A model generated the notes under the pieces. It saw only the letters and a program-made list of their open reading frames with translations, was not told the DNA's origin and searched no databases. Made by a program: the position numbers and the translations under genes. From the human T2T-CHM13v2.0 reference genome, Homo sapiens: 64,000 nt of DNA. Within the stretch, counting starts at the first letter, position 1. Each line of letters starts with the position of its first letter. Positions 13,126-26,215 of this stretch are shown piece after piece. The stretch lies in assembly GCF_009914755.1 (NCBI RefSeq), contig NC_060929.1; one strand, written 5' to 3'.

Positions 13126-15446
13126 AGAAAACCACAAAGTTGGAGGCAGGTGGAGGGGTGCAGATGGTGGTGAGGATATAGGACAATGCTTACTGGGCCA
13201 AGACAGAATTTGGACTTTTTGGCATCCTGGCTGTATTGCCACTTTACTATCTCAGCCCGATTTCTTCCTTTTTTTTTTTTTTTAGGTGTATAAATGACAG
13301 TGACTCTGTGTTTTTTTCTTATGTTTTATTTTCTTTTTAATTGACAAATAACAATTGTGTATATTTATGGAGTATACTGTGATGTTATAGAGTATAGGGT
13401 GGATTTACAGATTTACGGATTACAGTGTGATTCCACATGTATACTTAGTGGAATGATCAATTAGGCTAATTCACATATCCATCACCTCAAATATTTAACA
13501 TTTGTTTTTGGTGAGAACATATAAAATTCTCTTTTAGCAGCTTTGAAATCTACATCACCATTTACTATAGTCATTATTCTGTGCAACAGGTCACCAGAAC
13601 TTATTCGTTTTGCCTACTGAAAGTTTGTACCCATTGACCATTGTCTCCCCTTTCTCCCTCTATCCCCTATCCCCCAGCTTCTGGGAACCACCATTTTTCT
13701 CTGTACTTCCCTGAGTTTGACTTTTCCTAGATTCTACAAATAAATGAGATTATATGGTATTTGTCTGTCTGTGCCTGGCTTATTTCACTTAGTATAATGT
13801 CTTCTAGGTTCATCCATGTTGTTGCAAATGGCAGAATTTCCTTCTCTTTAAAGGCTGAATAGTATTTCACTGTGTATATACACTATATTTAAAAACTCCA
13901 TTCATCTGTTCATATGCACTTTCGTAGTTTACATGTCTTGGCTGTTGTGAATAAGGCTACAATGAATATGAGGGTGCAGACATCTCTTTGACATACTGAT
14001 GTCAGTTCCTTTGGATATATACCCAGAAGTGGGATTGCTGTATTGTGTGGTAATTTTACTTTTAGTTTTTTTGAGAAACTTTCCCACTGTTTTTCAAAGA
14101 GGATGTATTAATTTATAATACCACTAGCAGTGTGAAAGTGTTCCTTTTTCTTCTCATCTTCTCCAACACTTATCTTTTATTTTTTTGATAATAGTCTAAC
14201 AGGTTTGAGTTGTTATCTCATTGTTTTAATTTGCATTTCTCTGATGATTAAAGATGTTGAGCATTCTTTATATATCTGTTGGCCATTTGTATATCTTCTT
14301 TTGATTAACACCTATTCTGGTCCTTTGCACATCTTTTATAGGATTTTTTGTTTTCCTTTTATTGAGTAGTTTGAGGTCCTTGTTTATTTGGGGTATTAGT
14401 CCCTAATTCAATAGATGATTCACAAATATTTTCCCCCATTTGTGAGTTGTTTCTTCCTTCTGTCAATGGTTTCTTTTGTTGTGCTGTGTTGTTTCCATTT
14501 TTAGTTTGATCAAATCCAGTTTGTCTATTTTTGCTTTCATTGCCTGTGTTTTGGGGTCTTACCTAACAAATCACTGCCAAGACCAATGTTATGGAGCTTT
14601 CATCTATGTTTTCTTCTGGTAGTTCTACAGTTTCAAGTCTTACATTTAAGTTTTTAATCCATTTTAATTATTATATAAGAGGTAAGATAAAGGCCTATTT
14701 TCACTCTTCTGCCCATGGATATCCAGTTTTCTTGATACTATTAATTAAAGACTGTCCTTTCCCCACCGTGTGTTCTTGGTACATGTGTAAAAAACCAATT
14801 GATCATAAATGTGCAGGGCTATTTCTGGGCTCTCCATCCTAATCCATTGGTTAGTGTGTCTGTTTTTATGCCAGTGCCATGTTGTTTTGACTACAATAGC
14901 TTTGTAATATATTTTGAAATCTGGTAGTGTGATGCTTCCAGCTTGGTTCTTTTGCTTAAAATGGCTTTGGTTATTTGGGGCCTTTTGTGGTTGCATATAA
15001 ATTTTATAAATGTTTTGATCTATTTTTGTGAATAATGTTATTGAAATTTTGATAGTGATTTCATTGAATTTGTAGCTTGCTTGGGTAGTATGGGCATTTT
15101 AGCAATATTAATTCTTCTAATCCATGAACCTGGGATATCTTTCCATTTATTTGTGTCTTCTTCAATTTCTTTTATACTTTTCAGTATACTGATCTTTAGC
15201 CTCCTTTGTTAAATTTACTTATAAGTATTTAATTTTTTGATGCTATTGTAAATGAGATTATTTTCTTAATTTCTTTTTCAGATAGTTTGTTGTTATGTAA
15301 AAATGCTACTGATTTTTATAAGTTGATTGTTTATCTTAACACTTTACTGAATTCCTTTATTCAGTAAAGGAATAAATTACTAAAAATACAATTTGGCTTT
15401 GTAATACATTCCTAAATATATTACAAAGCTATGGTAGTTCCACCTT

Positions 15447-15449
<3 letters not shown>

Positions 15450-15483
<34 letters not shown>
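15450..15483. repeat. (TG)n microsatellite inside L1
   Basis: Read directly from the sequence. Confidence 0.95.
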
Positions 15484-15486
<3 letters not shown>

Positions 15487-17008
15487 TGAAGTCTTTAGAG
15501 TTTTCTAAGTATAAGAAGAGGCCATCAACAGAGACAATCACTTCTTTCTTTCCTATTTGAATGTCTTTCATTTCTTTTCTTTTGCCTAATTGCTCTGGCT
15601 GCTAGAACTTTCAGTACTATGCTGAATAGAAGGGGTGAAAATAGGCATCTTTGTCTTATCCCTGATCTTAGAGGCAACGCCTTCAACTTTTCACTATTGA
15701 GTATGATGTTAGCCGTGGGCTTGTCTTATGTGACCTTTATTGTGTTGAAGAATATTCCTTCTATACGTAATTTTTGAGAGTTCTTGATTATGAAAGAATG
15801 TTGAATTTTGTCAAATGCTGTTTTTTTTGGCATCTGTTGAGATGATCATATAGTTTTTGGCCTTCATTCTGTTAATATAGTGAATCACATTTATTGATTT
15901 GCATATGTTGAATCATCCTTGAATCCCAGGGGTAAATCCCACTTGATCATGGGAAGGATTATTTTGAATCTTTTTTAATCATTTTGAAGGATTGTGGAAT
16001 ACAGTTTTATAGTATTCTGTTGAGGATTTTTGCATCTATGTTCATCAGGGATATTGGCTTGTAGTTTTCTTGGAGTGTCTTTGTCCAGCTTTGTTAGCAA
16101 GGTAATACAGGCCTCATAAAATGAGTTTGGAAGTATCCTCTCCTCTTCAATTTTTTTGAAAGATTTAGAAAATGATTGATATTCATTCTTTAAATGATTG
16201 GTAGAATTTATCCATGAAGCCATCTGGTCCTGGGATTTTCTTTGATGGGAGATTTTAATTACTAATTTAATCTCCTTACTTGCTTTGATTTGTTCAGATT
16301 TTCTATTTCTTTGTAATTCAGTCTTGGTAGGTTTATGATTCTAGGAATTTATCCATTTCTTCCAGGTTGTCCAATTTGTTGGCATGTAGTTGTTCATAGT
16401 AGTCTCTTATGATCCTTTATATGTTTGTGTTATCAGTTATAATGTTTCCTCTTTCATTTCTGATTTTATTTATTTGAGTCTTCTGTCATTTTTCCTTAGT
16501 CCAGCTAAGGATTTGTCAATTTTATTCATCTTTTCAAAAAACCAACCCTTAGTTTCATTGATCTTTTCTGTTGTTTTTCTATCCTGTATTTCATTTATTT
16601 CTGCTCTGATCTTTGTTTTATCTGTTAATATTGGGCTTTCTATTAATATTGGGCTTAGCATGTCCTCCCCACCCCCAGGTTCCTTGAGGTATAAAGTTAG
16701 GTTGCTTATGTGGGATTTTTTTCTTTTTTGATATGTCTTTATTACTATAAACTTCCCTCTTGAAGCTGCTTTTGCTGCATCTCATAATTTTCCTTAATTC
16801 CTCTTGTTATTGATTTCTAGTTTTATACCATTGTGATCAGAAAAAAGTTTGATATCATTTTGATTTTCCTAAATTTGTTTAGACCTGTTTTGTGTCTTAA
16901 CATTTTGTTTATCATGGAGAATGTTCCCAGTGCACTTGAAAAGAATATGCATTCCATTGTTGTTAAATGGAATGTTCTGTATATGTCTGTTAGGTCCATT
17001 TGGTCTAA

Positions 17009-17341
<333 letters not shown>

Positions 17342-18039
17342 TGAATTTTGCCTAGATGATTCGCCTATTGTTGAAAGTGAGGTATTTAATCCCTTATAAT
17401 TATTGTGCTGCAGTCTATGTCTCCCTTCAGATCTCTTCATGTTTGCTTCATATATTTAGTTACTCATCCCAATTTCCTTTTTTTTTTTGGCAGAGAAATA
17501 ACTTGCTATAAGAGAAGTTTGCTGAGTTCAACACTTTCTCAAAGTGTAGTCTAGAATAAAATTGCTAAATGCCTGGAGAGAGGATAACCCTCCTCCCTTC
17601 TGCATTTCATAGCAAACACTGAAAACAATTTCCCTATTTTCTGCTAAGCTTCACATGGCTTCACAATCCCAGACTATATCCTTATTCTGTTAGCCATTAC
17701 CTATTGATGAGAGATGGCATACATTAGAAACATAGTCACCAATTTGGATGAATTAACCAGGGCTCTTGTCTTATGAAATACTCAAGAAATTCTGGCTCCA
17801 GAGTGTAAAAGGTCGGGGGAAAGTATCAAAGACCTGTACTTTACCTTGCTAATCTGTGCTCCATCCGTACTACCAATCATCAATTGATTAATATATATAC
17901 ATACATATATATAAAAAACACATGTATGTATATCTCATTTTCTCTCTTACCTCCTTTATTATTCTTACTCAGTATGTGCCTAAAATTAAAGTATATATTT
18001 ATTCACTTGATTGTGTCTTTCTTGTAATAATTAAAACTT

Positions 18040-18150
18040 TACTGGGCAGAGGTCTGCTTGTGTACTACTCTATCTTTAGCCTTTAGAACTGCAGTTGGCT
18101 CATTATATATGCTTTAAATATTTGTTGAATAAATGAATAAATATATGAAT
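18040..18150 (+). mobile_element. L2 3' tail
   Basis: ...AAATATTTGTTGAATAAATGAATAAAT. Confidence 0.6.
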
Positions 18151-18329
18151 GAGTGTAAATGAGACTCATTACTTTTTAAATTTATTTTTAATGAATCCAG
18201 AAAGAAAAAAACCTCAGTTCCACTGAATGCCAATTAGGAAGCATTCATCCATGGGAGCTGCATCGGGAAAATCCACTCTGAGAATGGAGGCACCACTGAG
18301 AATATAGAAAAAAGAAATTTAGGGACAAA

Positions 18330-18476
18330 ACAAGCCTCAGTCCTATTGCTTGAGCCCAAGACAGAGACTGGTTCAAAACCTGCCCTACATCTGTATTTTC
18401 TAGTAATTGATCTTAAAAAAAACCTCCTGTATTATCTAAGGTGCTTTGAGCTGGAATTTTTGTTAATTGCAACTGA
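18330..18476 (+). mobile_element. MLT1-type LTR 3' remnant
   Basis: CTTTGAGCTGGAATTTTTGTTAATTGCAACTGA resembles the MLT1 terminus. Confidence 0.4.
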
Positions 18477-18684
18477 GGTTATTATATATCTGTAGGGATG
18501 ACGTCTGTGACAAGAAAGTTTGGATTCAGAGAGGAAAGAAGAAGGGCAAAGGAGGAGCTCAGAGTAGGGCCAGATAAATAGAAACTGCAGGTACTTCAAA
18601 ATTTTGTCTACAGTAGGCTGGATCTATCTTGCCTCCTCCTCCCCAATGTTTTTTTGAAGGCAATATGAGCTATGATAGGAGACA

Positions 18685-18850
18685 ATGCTGAGCTCAAATC
18701 CCTTATCTAGCACTGTCAGGAGTGTGACCTTATCTCAGACCTAAGCTTCTTTGTGTGTAAAAGGAGGATAATACCTGATTACAGGGGTTGGGGGAAATTA
18801 ATAAAATAAGCACGTGTCATTTCTAGCACCTAGACTGTGCTCAGTGATGT
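18685..18850 (+). mobile_element. MIR
   Basis: TCAAATCCC..GTGTGACCTT..TGTAAAAGGAGGATAATACCT. Confidence 0.6.
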
Positions 18851-19956
18851 AAATGTTCTCTTGCTTTGGTGATCTGACAAAGGAAAGTTGAACAATTATG
18901 TCCCAGATGGATGCTGAAAAATTTATTCAAAAGTAGTTAATCCTACGTAAATGGTGTTTCTAAATTGCTGCCTGTTTTTGAAGGACTAGAGTTTCATATA
19001 ATTAATTAATGACTTTCAAAATAACTTGTCAACAGCAATAATCCCAATGAGAGGAGCAAAAACTTCTTTTGGAGGAGAAACTGGAAAATTTCCTGCATTT
19101 TATTTGGAACAGCTATGGTGCAATTCCTTTTACATGCCTTTGCTCCCCTAAAACATAGTGGGGCTGATTGAAGGATACATAAATTAATTAGGAAAGACCT
19201 CCTGTTGTTGCCTAGAGCAAATTTATAACTACAGAGGATACTTGAAGTCATGTGTTTTATTCACTATAATGTTCAACAAGTTTATGTGTATGAGCTCAAC
19301 TTTTTTTTTTTTCTGGAACTTTGAGTGAATGGAACTTAGTATATGGCAAGATCTAGGTGCTGTGCTACTTTCCCATGATAAACTGAATGCTTTCCCTAAA
19401 GATAGTTGATCTATTGAGTTTAATGACAATTTCCAACATTTCCTTTTTAACATTAGATTCAGGTGATCGTGCATGTTGCAATTAATTTCATTTTTGGTCA
19501 GTTTTGTGGAATGCCTACTGTGTGCTTGATAGAAGGAGGTTTTACAGCTGAATGCTCTACCCCAGAGCACTATAGTCTCTGTGGTCTATTTTGGAATTTC
19601 TCCTTAAGTTTATTACAGGAGTTTTATTTATGTCATTTGTTTCGTATATTATGCTGTTCCAAGTTGTAAACATGCCACAAGTAATTTCCCTTTCTCTTCT
19701 TCTAAGCCTTATTTATGTTCTTTGGAATTCATACAGAAACATCTTGAAGTTCTGAGGAGCTGTTACTAATGTGCCCCTCTGGGATCAGACTGATTTTGAC
19801 TGTGAGAATTGGCATCTTTGAGATCTCATTAAAAAGAGCCCCACATCAGAACTCCAGACCTGGGAAATGCCATCCCATTGTTCCATCGAATGAATGCGGG
19901 CCAGACCGAGACAGAATGATAGACGTACTATAATTCTTTGAGGCTGTGGATGAACT

Positions 19957-20680
19957 TTTTTTTTTTTTAATACATTTTTATTTTGGAATAGTGCTAGATT
20001 CACAGAAAAGTTTCAAAGAAAATACAGGGTGTTCCCAAATATTCTTCACCCAGTTTTTCCCATTGTTAATATCTTTCCTTACCATGATACATTTGTCAAA
20101 TCTAACAAACCAATATTGTTGTAGTGCTATTATTAACTAAACTCAATATTTTTTTTGTTTTTCACAAATTTCCACATTAATGTCCCTTTTCTGTGCCATG
20201 ATTGAATCCAGGGTGTCATGTTGCATTTCATTTTCATGTCTCCATAATCTCTGGTGTGTGACAGTTTCTCACAGTTTCTTGACAGTCTTGAAGAGGGCTG
20301 GTCAGGTATTTTGTAGATATTCTGCATTTTGGATTTGTTTTATGTTTTTCTCATAGTTAGACTGGAGTTACGAGTGAGAGAAGTTCCTAACCAATAATCT
20401 GTCAAGTGAAAGGTTATCGGGGAACATGTTATTGACATGATTTATCACCGATAGGTTAACCTTGATCATTGGGCTAAGGTAGTGTTTTCGAGATTTCTCC
20501 ACTGTGAAGTTATTATTTTTCCCTTTCATAGTCTATTCTTTGGAGGCAAATCCCTGAGTCCAGCTCACGTTCAAGGTGGGAAGGGTTTTAAGCTCCACTT
20601 CCTGGATGGAGTATTATCTATGTGTAGTAGATGGAATTCTTCTGTAAGAAAGAATTGTCCCTTCTCTTCCAATTTTTTTT
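19957..20680 (-). mobile_element. L1MC4-like 3' UTR
   Basis: TTTTATTTTGGAATAGTGCTAGATTCACAGAAAAG..; GGTTAACCTTGATCATTGGGCTAAGGTAGTG..TTTCTCCACTGTGAAGTTA. Confidence 0.75.
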
Positions 20681-20887
20681 TTTTTTTGAGATACTGATGG
20701 GATGGATGTCTTCAAAATCACTAAGAGGCCTAGTGCTATTTTTGTAAGAGATGTATAAACATTGATTTTCCCACCTGTTTCTTTGAGAGCATCAGGAGAC
20801 TTGAGAAAATTCCTGGGGCAAATATTTCTGCTTCACGCAGACAAAAGCAGGCTTGCCCTGGGCCCATGCTTCAGCAACCCTTCAGCA

Positions 20888-21177
20888 TTTTTTTTTTTGA
20901 GATGGAGTCTTGCTCTGTCGCCAGGTTGGAGTGCAGTGGTGCGATATCGGCTCACTGAAACCTCCGTGTCCCGGGTTCAAGCGATTCTCCTGCCTCAGCC
21001 TTCTGAGTAGCTGGGACTACAGGTGTGCGCCACCACGCCTGGCTAATTTTTGTATTTTTGGTAGAGATGGGGTTTCACCATGTTGGCCAGGATTGTCTCG
21101 ATCTCTTGATCTCGTGATCCACCCACCTCAGCCTCCCAAAGTGCTGGGATTACAGGCGTGAGCCACTGTGCCCAGCC
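20888..21177 (-). mobile_element. AluSc
   Basis: Sc-type TGTCGCCAGG and TCTCGATCTCTTGA.CTCGTGATCC. Confidence 0.92.
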
Positions 21178-21419
21178 CCTCTCAGCTTCTATCTGGGCCT
21201 GCTTTTCCCTAAGTGCTCACCAGGAGCCTGCAGCCCCCTTTGAAGACCATGCCCCAGGTACCCAGGACTTTGGAATTGTCTTAGCCCGAATGGTTCTGAG
21301 CCTACTTCCAGAATCTCCATGGTCTTCTTCTGTGGGCCTTTTTCTTCAGAAGGAAGACTGGGCCACTGATGTACATACTCCTTGGCCTGAGGGGTAGTCA
21401 GATGGCTGCTGTGGATGGA

Positions 21420-21556
21420 GTCTGGATATGCAGTCTGGGATATGTGGAGGAGGAAAAGTCCTCTCCTCATCAACATGCCACATTATTCAGGAAGATGATA
21501 TCAATATGATTTATCATGGATGAGGTTAACCTTGATCATTTGATCAAGGTAGTTTT
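21420..21556 (-). mobile_element. Second short L1MC4-like fragment, same segment as ~20437-20483
   Basis: ATGATTTATCA..AGGTTAACCTTGATCATT..AAGGTAGT occurs in both places. Confidence 0.6.
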
Positions 21557-23089
21557 TCAAATGAAAAGCAAACATCAGAAAATTGACCAGTGCCTCTTTC
21601 AAAAGCTTTTTCACTGGGATTCTTACTGCTCAGAAGTTGTTTTGAAAGTGATTAATCAATTACATGAAACTCTAGGCCTTCCAAAATTCTGAAGCAGTTT
21701 AGAAACAACATTTATATAGGATAGAGGTGAGAATAGAGCTGAGTTTGGGGGAAAAAAAAGGACAGTGGTTGGGTCAGAGGCTGGCATTGGCTCTCCTCTA
21801 GATGCCATGTTCTGAGGCCACATTCTGGTGCAAATTCTAGTAATTTGGAATTTGGACATCCAGGTAATTTGAAAGAATATATTTGTTAAGGTAGGAGAAA
21901 AGAGCACATTGTATTTAGTAGTTTGTTTGCTTGATTTATAATTTAGACATATGGTGTATGAGCTGACAATTTGAGGCAGGCCTGTTTCTGTGAGCAAAGT
22001 TAAATGAAGAAAATGTCAGGGCTGTTGACCATAATCTGTCCCCCAACTCCAGCCCTGTGGAATGTAATGCCCTCAAGACAACAGCTGTCACTGGGCCTCT
22101 GTGGACTTCCCTTGTGGCACACAATTTTCTTCACATTCCTTGAGAGGACTGAGTGGAGGGCTTTGCCACTGACACAATAGAGGGCTTGCCTTTGTATTTG
22201 TCTACTGAGAATTTCCTTTATTCACCTAGAATCCCATGCTCACTCTTCTCTACCTACCCAACCCTCCACTATCTGGAATTCTACTTCTTCCATGAAGTTT
22301 TCCTTAATTCCACAAATCCCCTTCGCAGAAATGTGATAAAGTCACTTAGTTGCAGTTGTGGGTTTCCACAGATGGCTGCCTCTTTCCTCTAGGCATTTTG
22401 AATGCAGTGCTGGTAGGAGGTCACAAGGGAAATAGTGGCTCCAAGATCAGAGGGCTCTGTGGCCCCAACCTCTACGTCCTCCTCAGCCACACTCAGCATG
22501 GCTGTATACTCAAGGGGATGAATATAAATGTGCTATTTTAAAATCTATTTAAATAAGATGTATATTAGAGCAAGGCTGAGATAAATGCTTAAGAATAGGT
22601 ACAAATTGATGATTATTCACTAGTCACTATTGATACACTAATCATGATTTTCTCCTAGATTTATTAAAATGTTTTTTGTAAGTCATCTGCAATTAATTAC
22701 TTGAGTCAAAAATCTCTTTTGGAGGAAGATGTGGAACTCTAGGATTTCAAGTAACTCTAGGAGGTGCCAAAACCCTGTGGTCATATCCTAATCAAAATGA
22801 CTTATAGGCTCTTGAGGATCATTTTTCTTTTCCAGCCATGCATGGGATTTCAGCTGTCCTCTTTCTCTTCATCTTTTTTTCTCTCTCTTTTTTTCTATAA
22901 GTATATGGGAACTCTTTTTGTTTTTAGGGCTGAACAAAAATACACAGAGAATAATGTCCAGGTTGGAAGGAACTCTTCCTTTTCTTGTTCCTCCCAACAC
23001 TGACTTTCTTTAGTAAAGTACTAAAGGTATGTTGTTTTTACTACTTGTTTTCACAGCTTAGTTTCTCTAAAGATAATATGTTCCACTTT

Positions 23090-23955
23090 TTTCTTTTTTA
23101 AAAAGCTTTATTAAGCTATAATTGATAAAGAAATAATTATAGATATTTAATATGTACAATTTAGTGACTCTGAACATGCAAAAACGCTCATGATACTATC
23201 ACCACAATCAAGGTAAGACATATTCAATATCTCCCTCTATTGGGACACCAAAAACAGAGGTCCCTCCCTCCCTCCTTCCCTTTCTCTTCCTCCCTCCCTC
23301 TGTCTTCCTCCCTTCCTCTCTCTCTCCTTTCTTTCTCCCCTTTCTTTTCTTTCTTCCCTTTCTCTCTTTCTTTTCTTTCTTTCTCTTTTCCTTCCTTCTT
23401 TTTTCTTTCTTCCTCCGTTCTTTCCTTTTCTTTCTTTCTCCCCTTTACTCTCTCTTTTCCTTCTTTCCTTTTTTCTCCCTCCCTCCCTTTCTCTTTCTTT
23501 TCTTTTTTCTTTTTCCTTCCTTCCTTTCTCCCTTTCCCTTTCCCTTCCTTCTTTCCTTCTTTTTTCTTTCTTCCTCCTTTCTTTCCTTTTCTGTCTCTCT
23601 CCCCTTTACTCTCTTTTCCTTCTTTCCTTTTTTCTCCCTCCTTCCCTCTCTCTCTCTTTTTTTCTTTTTCCTGCCTTCCTTTCTTCCTTTCCCTTTCCCT
23701 TTTCCTTTTCCTTTTGCTTTTCCTTTTCTCCTTCCCTCCTTCTCTCCTTTCTTCCTTCTTTCCTTCCTTCCTTCCTTCCTTTTTTCCTTCCTTCCTTCCT
23801 CTCTTTCTGTAGAAGGACTTAATATGAGACCTACCCTGTTAACAAGTTTTGAAGTGCACAATATTATATGGTTAATTATAGGCAGTAGATTTTACAGAAG
23901 ATTTCTAGAACTTACCCATATAGCACAACTGAAACTTTAAACCCGTTGAACAATG
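23090..23955 (-). mobile_element. L1MA/MB 3' end split by a CT-rich tract
   Basis: GCTTTATTAAGCTATAATTGA..ATCACCACAATCAAGGTAA, resuming ACTTAATATGAGACCTACCC..TCTAGAACTT..ACTGAAACTTT after the tract. Confidence 0.75.
23260..23808. repeat. ~550 bp polypyrimidine (CT-rich) low-complexity tract
   Basis: Almost only C/T on the + strand; CCTT/CTTT/CCCTTT motifs. Confidence 0.95.
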
Positions 23956-24174
23956 AGTTTTTCAATATATTCCTCTTCTGTGCTTACTAATCTTTGTTTT
24001 TGAAAATAAGGTCACTGTGACTATAGGAGTACATACCTAAAAGGTAGCAAAATGTATCAAGGTTTTAAAATAGAGATATAAAATGTATTCATTGTAAAAC
24101 TCCCATTACATATGTTTTCAATTTCACATCGTTTAACATTTAATTATACTCTATCTTTCACTGTCCTTCACTTG

Positions 24175-24580
24175 TTTTATTCATTCCTGTATCAAATATA
24201 TATTAAGCACCTATTATTCTAGGTCCTAAGGATATAGCAGTGAACATACAGACAAAAATTATCAGTGTTATGAAGAAAAATAAAATAAGAAACAAGGATA
24301 AGAAGTGCTGAAGTGATAGTGGAAAGTTGTAGTTTAAACAAGATGATCATGGAAGGTCTTACAGAAAGGGGATACTTAAGCAAAGGTTGATGGAGATAAG
24401 GGTTCAAGGCATTTGGATCTGGGAGAAAAGGCATTGGAAGTAGCAAGTGCAAAGTCCCTGAGGGAGCAGGCCTGGTGTGTTTGAATAGGGAGGAAGCTAG
24501 GGGAGAGCAGGGTGAGTAAAGAAGGACAGAGAAGAACAGTCTGGGCAGCAAGTGGGACCACCTGCGTAAGGTCTTGTAGG
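24175..24580 (-). mobile_element. L2 fragment
   Basis: ATTCATTC..TATTAAGCACCTA..GGATATAGCAGTGAACA..AAGTGCAAAGTCCCTGAGG. Confidence 0.7.
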
Positions 24581-24585
24581 CTATA

Positions 24586-24695
24586 TAGCACCATCCCTGG
24601 TCCTACACACAAGAGGCCAGTAGTACTTCCTCACCAGCTATAGAAACCAGAACTGTCCCCTATGGGGCAAAAGCACTGCCATTAGAAAAATGCTG
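24586..24695. mobile_element. MER20-like hAT-Charlie fragment
   Basis: GCACCATCCCTGG..GCCAGTAG..TGTCCCCTATGGGGCAAAA.. Confidence 0.6.
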
Positions 24696-26057
24696 CCTCA
24701 AGACAACATGTGGCAACTATGACTGTGGTCCCTTCCAGGTCTAAAATGCAATTATTTTGAACCTACTCTATATGCGATCCTTCACTCATGTATATACACA
24801 ATCTTTTAAATTCCATCTAATACCAGACTCACTAAACTTAGGATCGCTTGCATTTTTCTTTCTTTCTTCTATTTTTTTCTCCCCCTTCTTTTTTATCTGT
24901 GAGTCATAGAACGATGACACTTGTGGGAAATAAGTATAAGAATTGAGGCAAAGTTACACATTTTGTGAGAAAAAGAAAAATCAGAAGTTTTAATTTAAAA
25001 ACACCATAAAGAATCAATGCTATCCATTTTAAAGCTCTAACAAAGATACAAAAGCCAGGATCTGCAATATCTTCTGTTCCTACCAAATAGTCTTTTGATT
25101 CAAACTCTCCCTTAGGCACCAACATTCAACCTTAAGCATCAGGTTGAATAAAAACCCATCTGGATTTAATATTTCATGGTCATAGTTAATTAGTAACATT
25201 ATAAGAATATGGCTTCCCACTCCGAGGGTCTACCTTGGGAACAGAGCTACCATTGAAGGAATAATATTGGGAAAATACACACTTGAAGTTCCAATAAATG
25301 GCTTTGAAATGAACTTTTGAAAAATGATTTATAAGCATATGATAGCATCTGCTTTTTATGATTGACTTATAGCATAGACTTAGTGCACGGTTCTGTGGAA
25401 CTGAGTGTGTCCCAGTGTGGCTTTAAAACAATTTTGTTTCTGGCTTATGAAATAGAGAATTGACATGAACAGTGCTAAGAATGGTTCCTGACACCACTCG
25501 GTGACATCCATCACCTTCTCCAGTAAGTGCTTCTTTGCTAGGTATTGTGAAGAGTTAAACAAGCAGCCATGGTCCCTAAGTATGTTCTGTCTATAGAGCA
25601 GGCAAGAAAAATAGAAAAATGTACAGAAAATGCAAATATACATAAAGCCATCTATGTTCCATCATCCTGGGAGCTAAATAACTGTGGCTGGTGGGAATAA
25701 AATAAATAACAGGGGCCAAATGGGGTCAGTCAATAAACACCCAGAATAAATTGCTAATCAGAAGCGGAGCTAGCACAGGCTGATACATAACAAGGTTACT
25801 TTATCTGAAGAAAGAACCTGCTTTTCCTCATGTTGGTAATTATATCAATACAGAGAAAGAGACAATTTGGCATTCACTGGGTTACTGCCAGATGATGTTC
25901 TAAACTGATGACATGTTCTCAGGCTTCCTCTCCTCCAGTCACCTGGCTCAAGTATAAGTGGCAGCTAATTCCAGTTTGCATTACCTGAGTAGCTTGATAA
26001 TCGCCTTTGTGCCTAGTGTGTGTTTGTCCTGAAAACTTGGGCTCAAGTCCATGCAGA

Positions 26058-26215
26058 GCAGTGCTTTCAGACTTCACCATGTATGCTAATTATGTGGGGA
26101 TCTGGTTAAAATGCAAATTCTAATTCAATAGGTCTGGGTAGAGGCTTGAGCTTCTGAGTCTCTAATAAGCTCCAAGGTGAAGCCAATGCTGCTGATTCAT
26201 GGAACACAATTTCTT
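26058..26215. mobile_element. MER5 (hAT-Charlie) element
   Basis: GGGATCTGGTTAAAATGCAAATTCTAATTCAATAGGTCTGGG..TAAGCTCCAAGGTGAAGCCAATGCTGCTG. Confidence 0.8.

Noticed and set aside
10112-13186. 1024/752/721-aa ORFs as a protein-coding gene
   Set aside because: They are translations of a tandem repeat that lacks stop triplets on one strand; open in all frames, with no domain structure
23240-23861. 190-aa F/S/L/P-rich and 138-aa K/E/R/G-rich ORFs
   Set aside because: Translations of the CT-rich low-complexity tract
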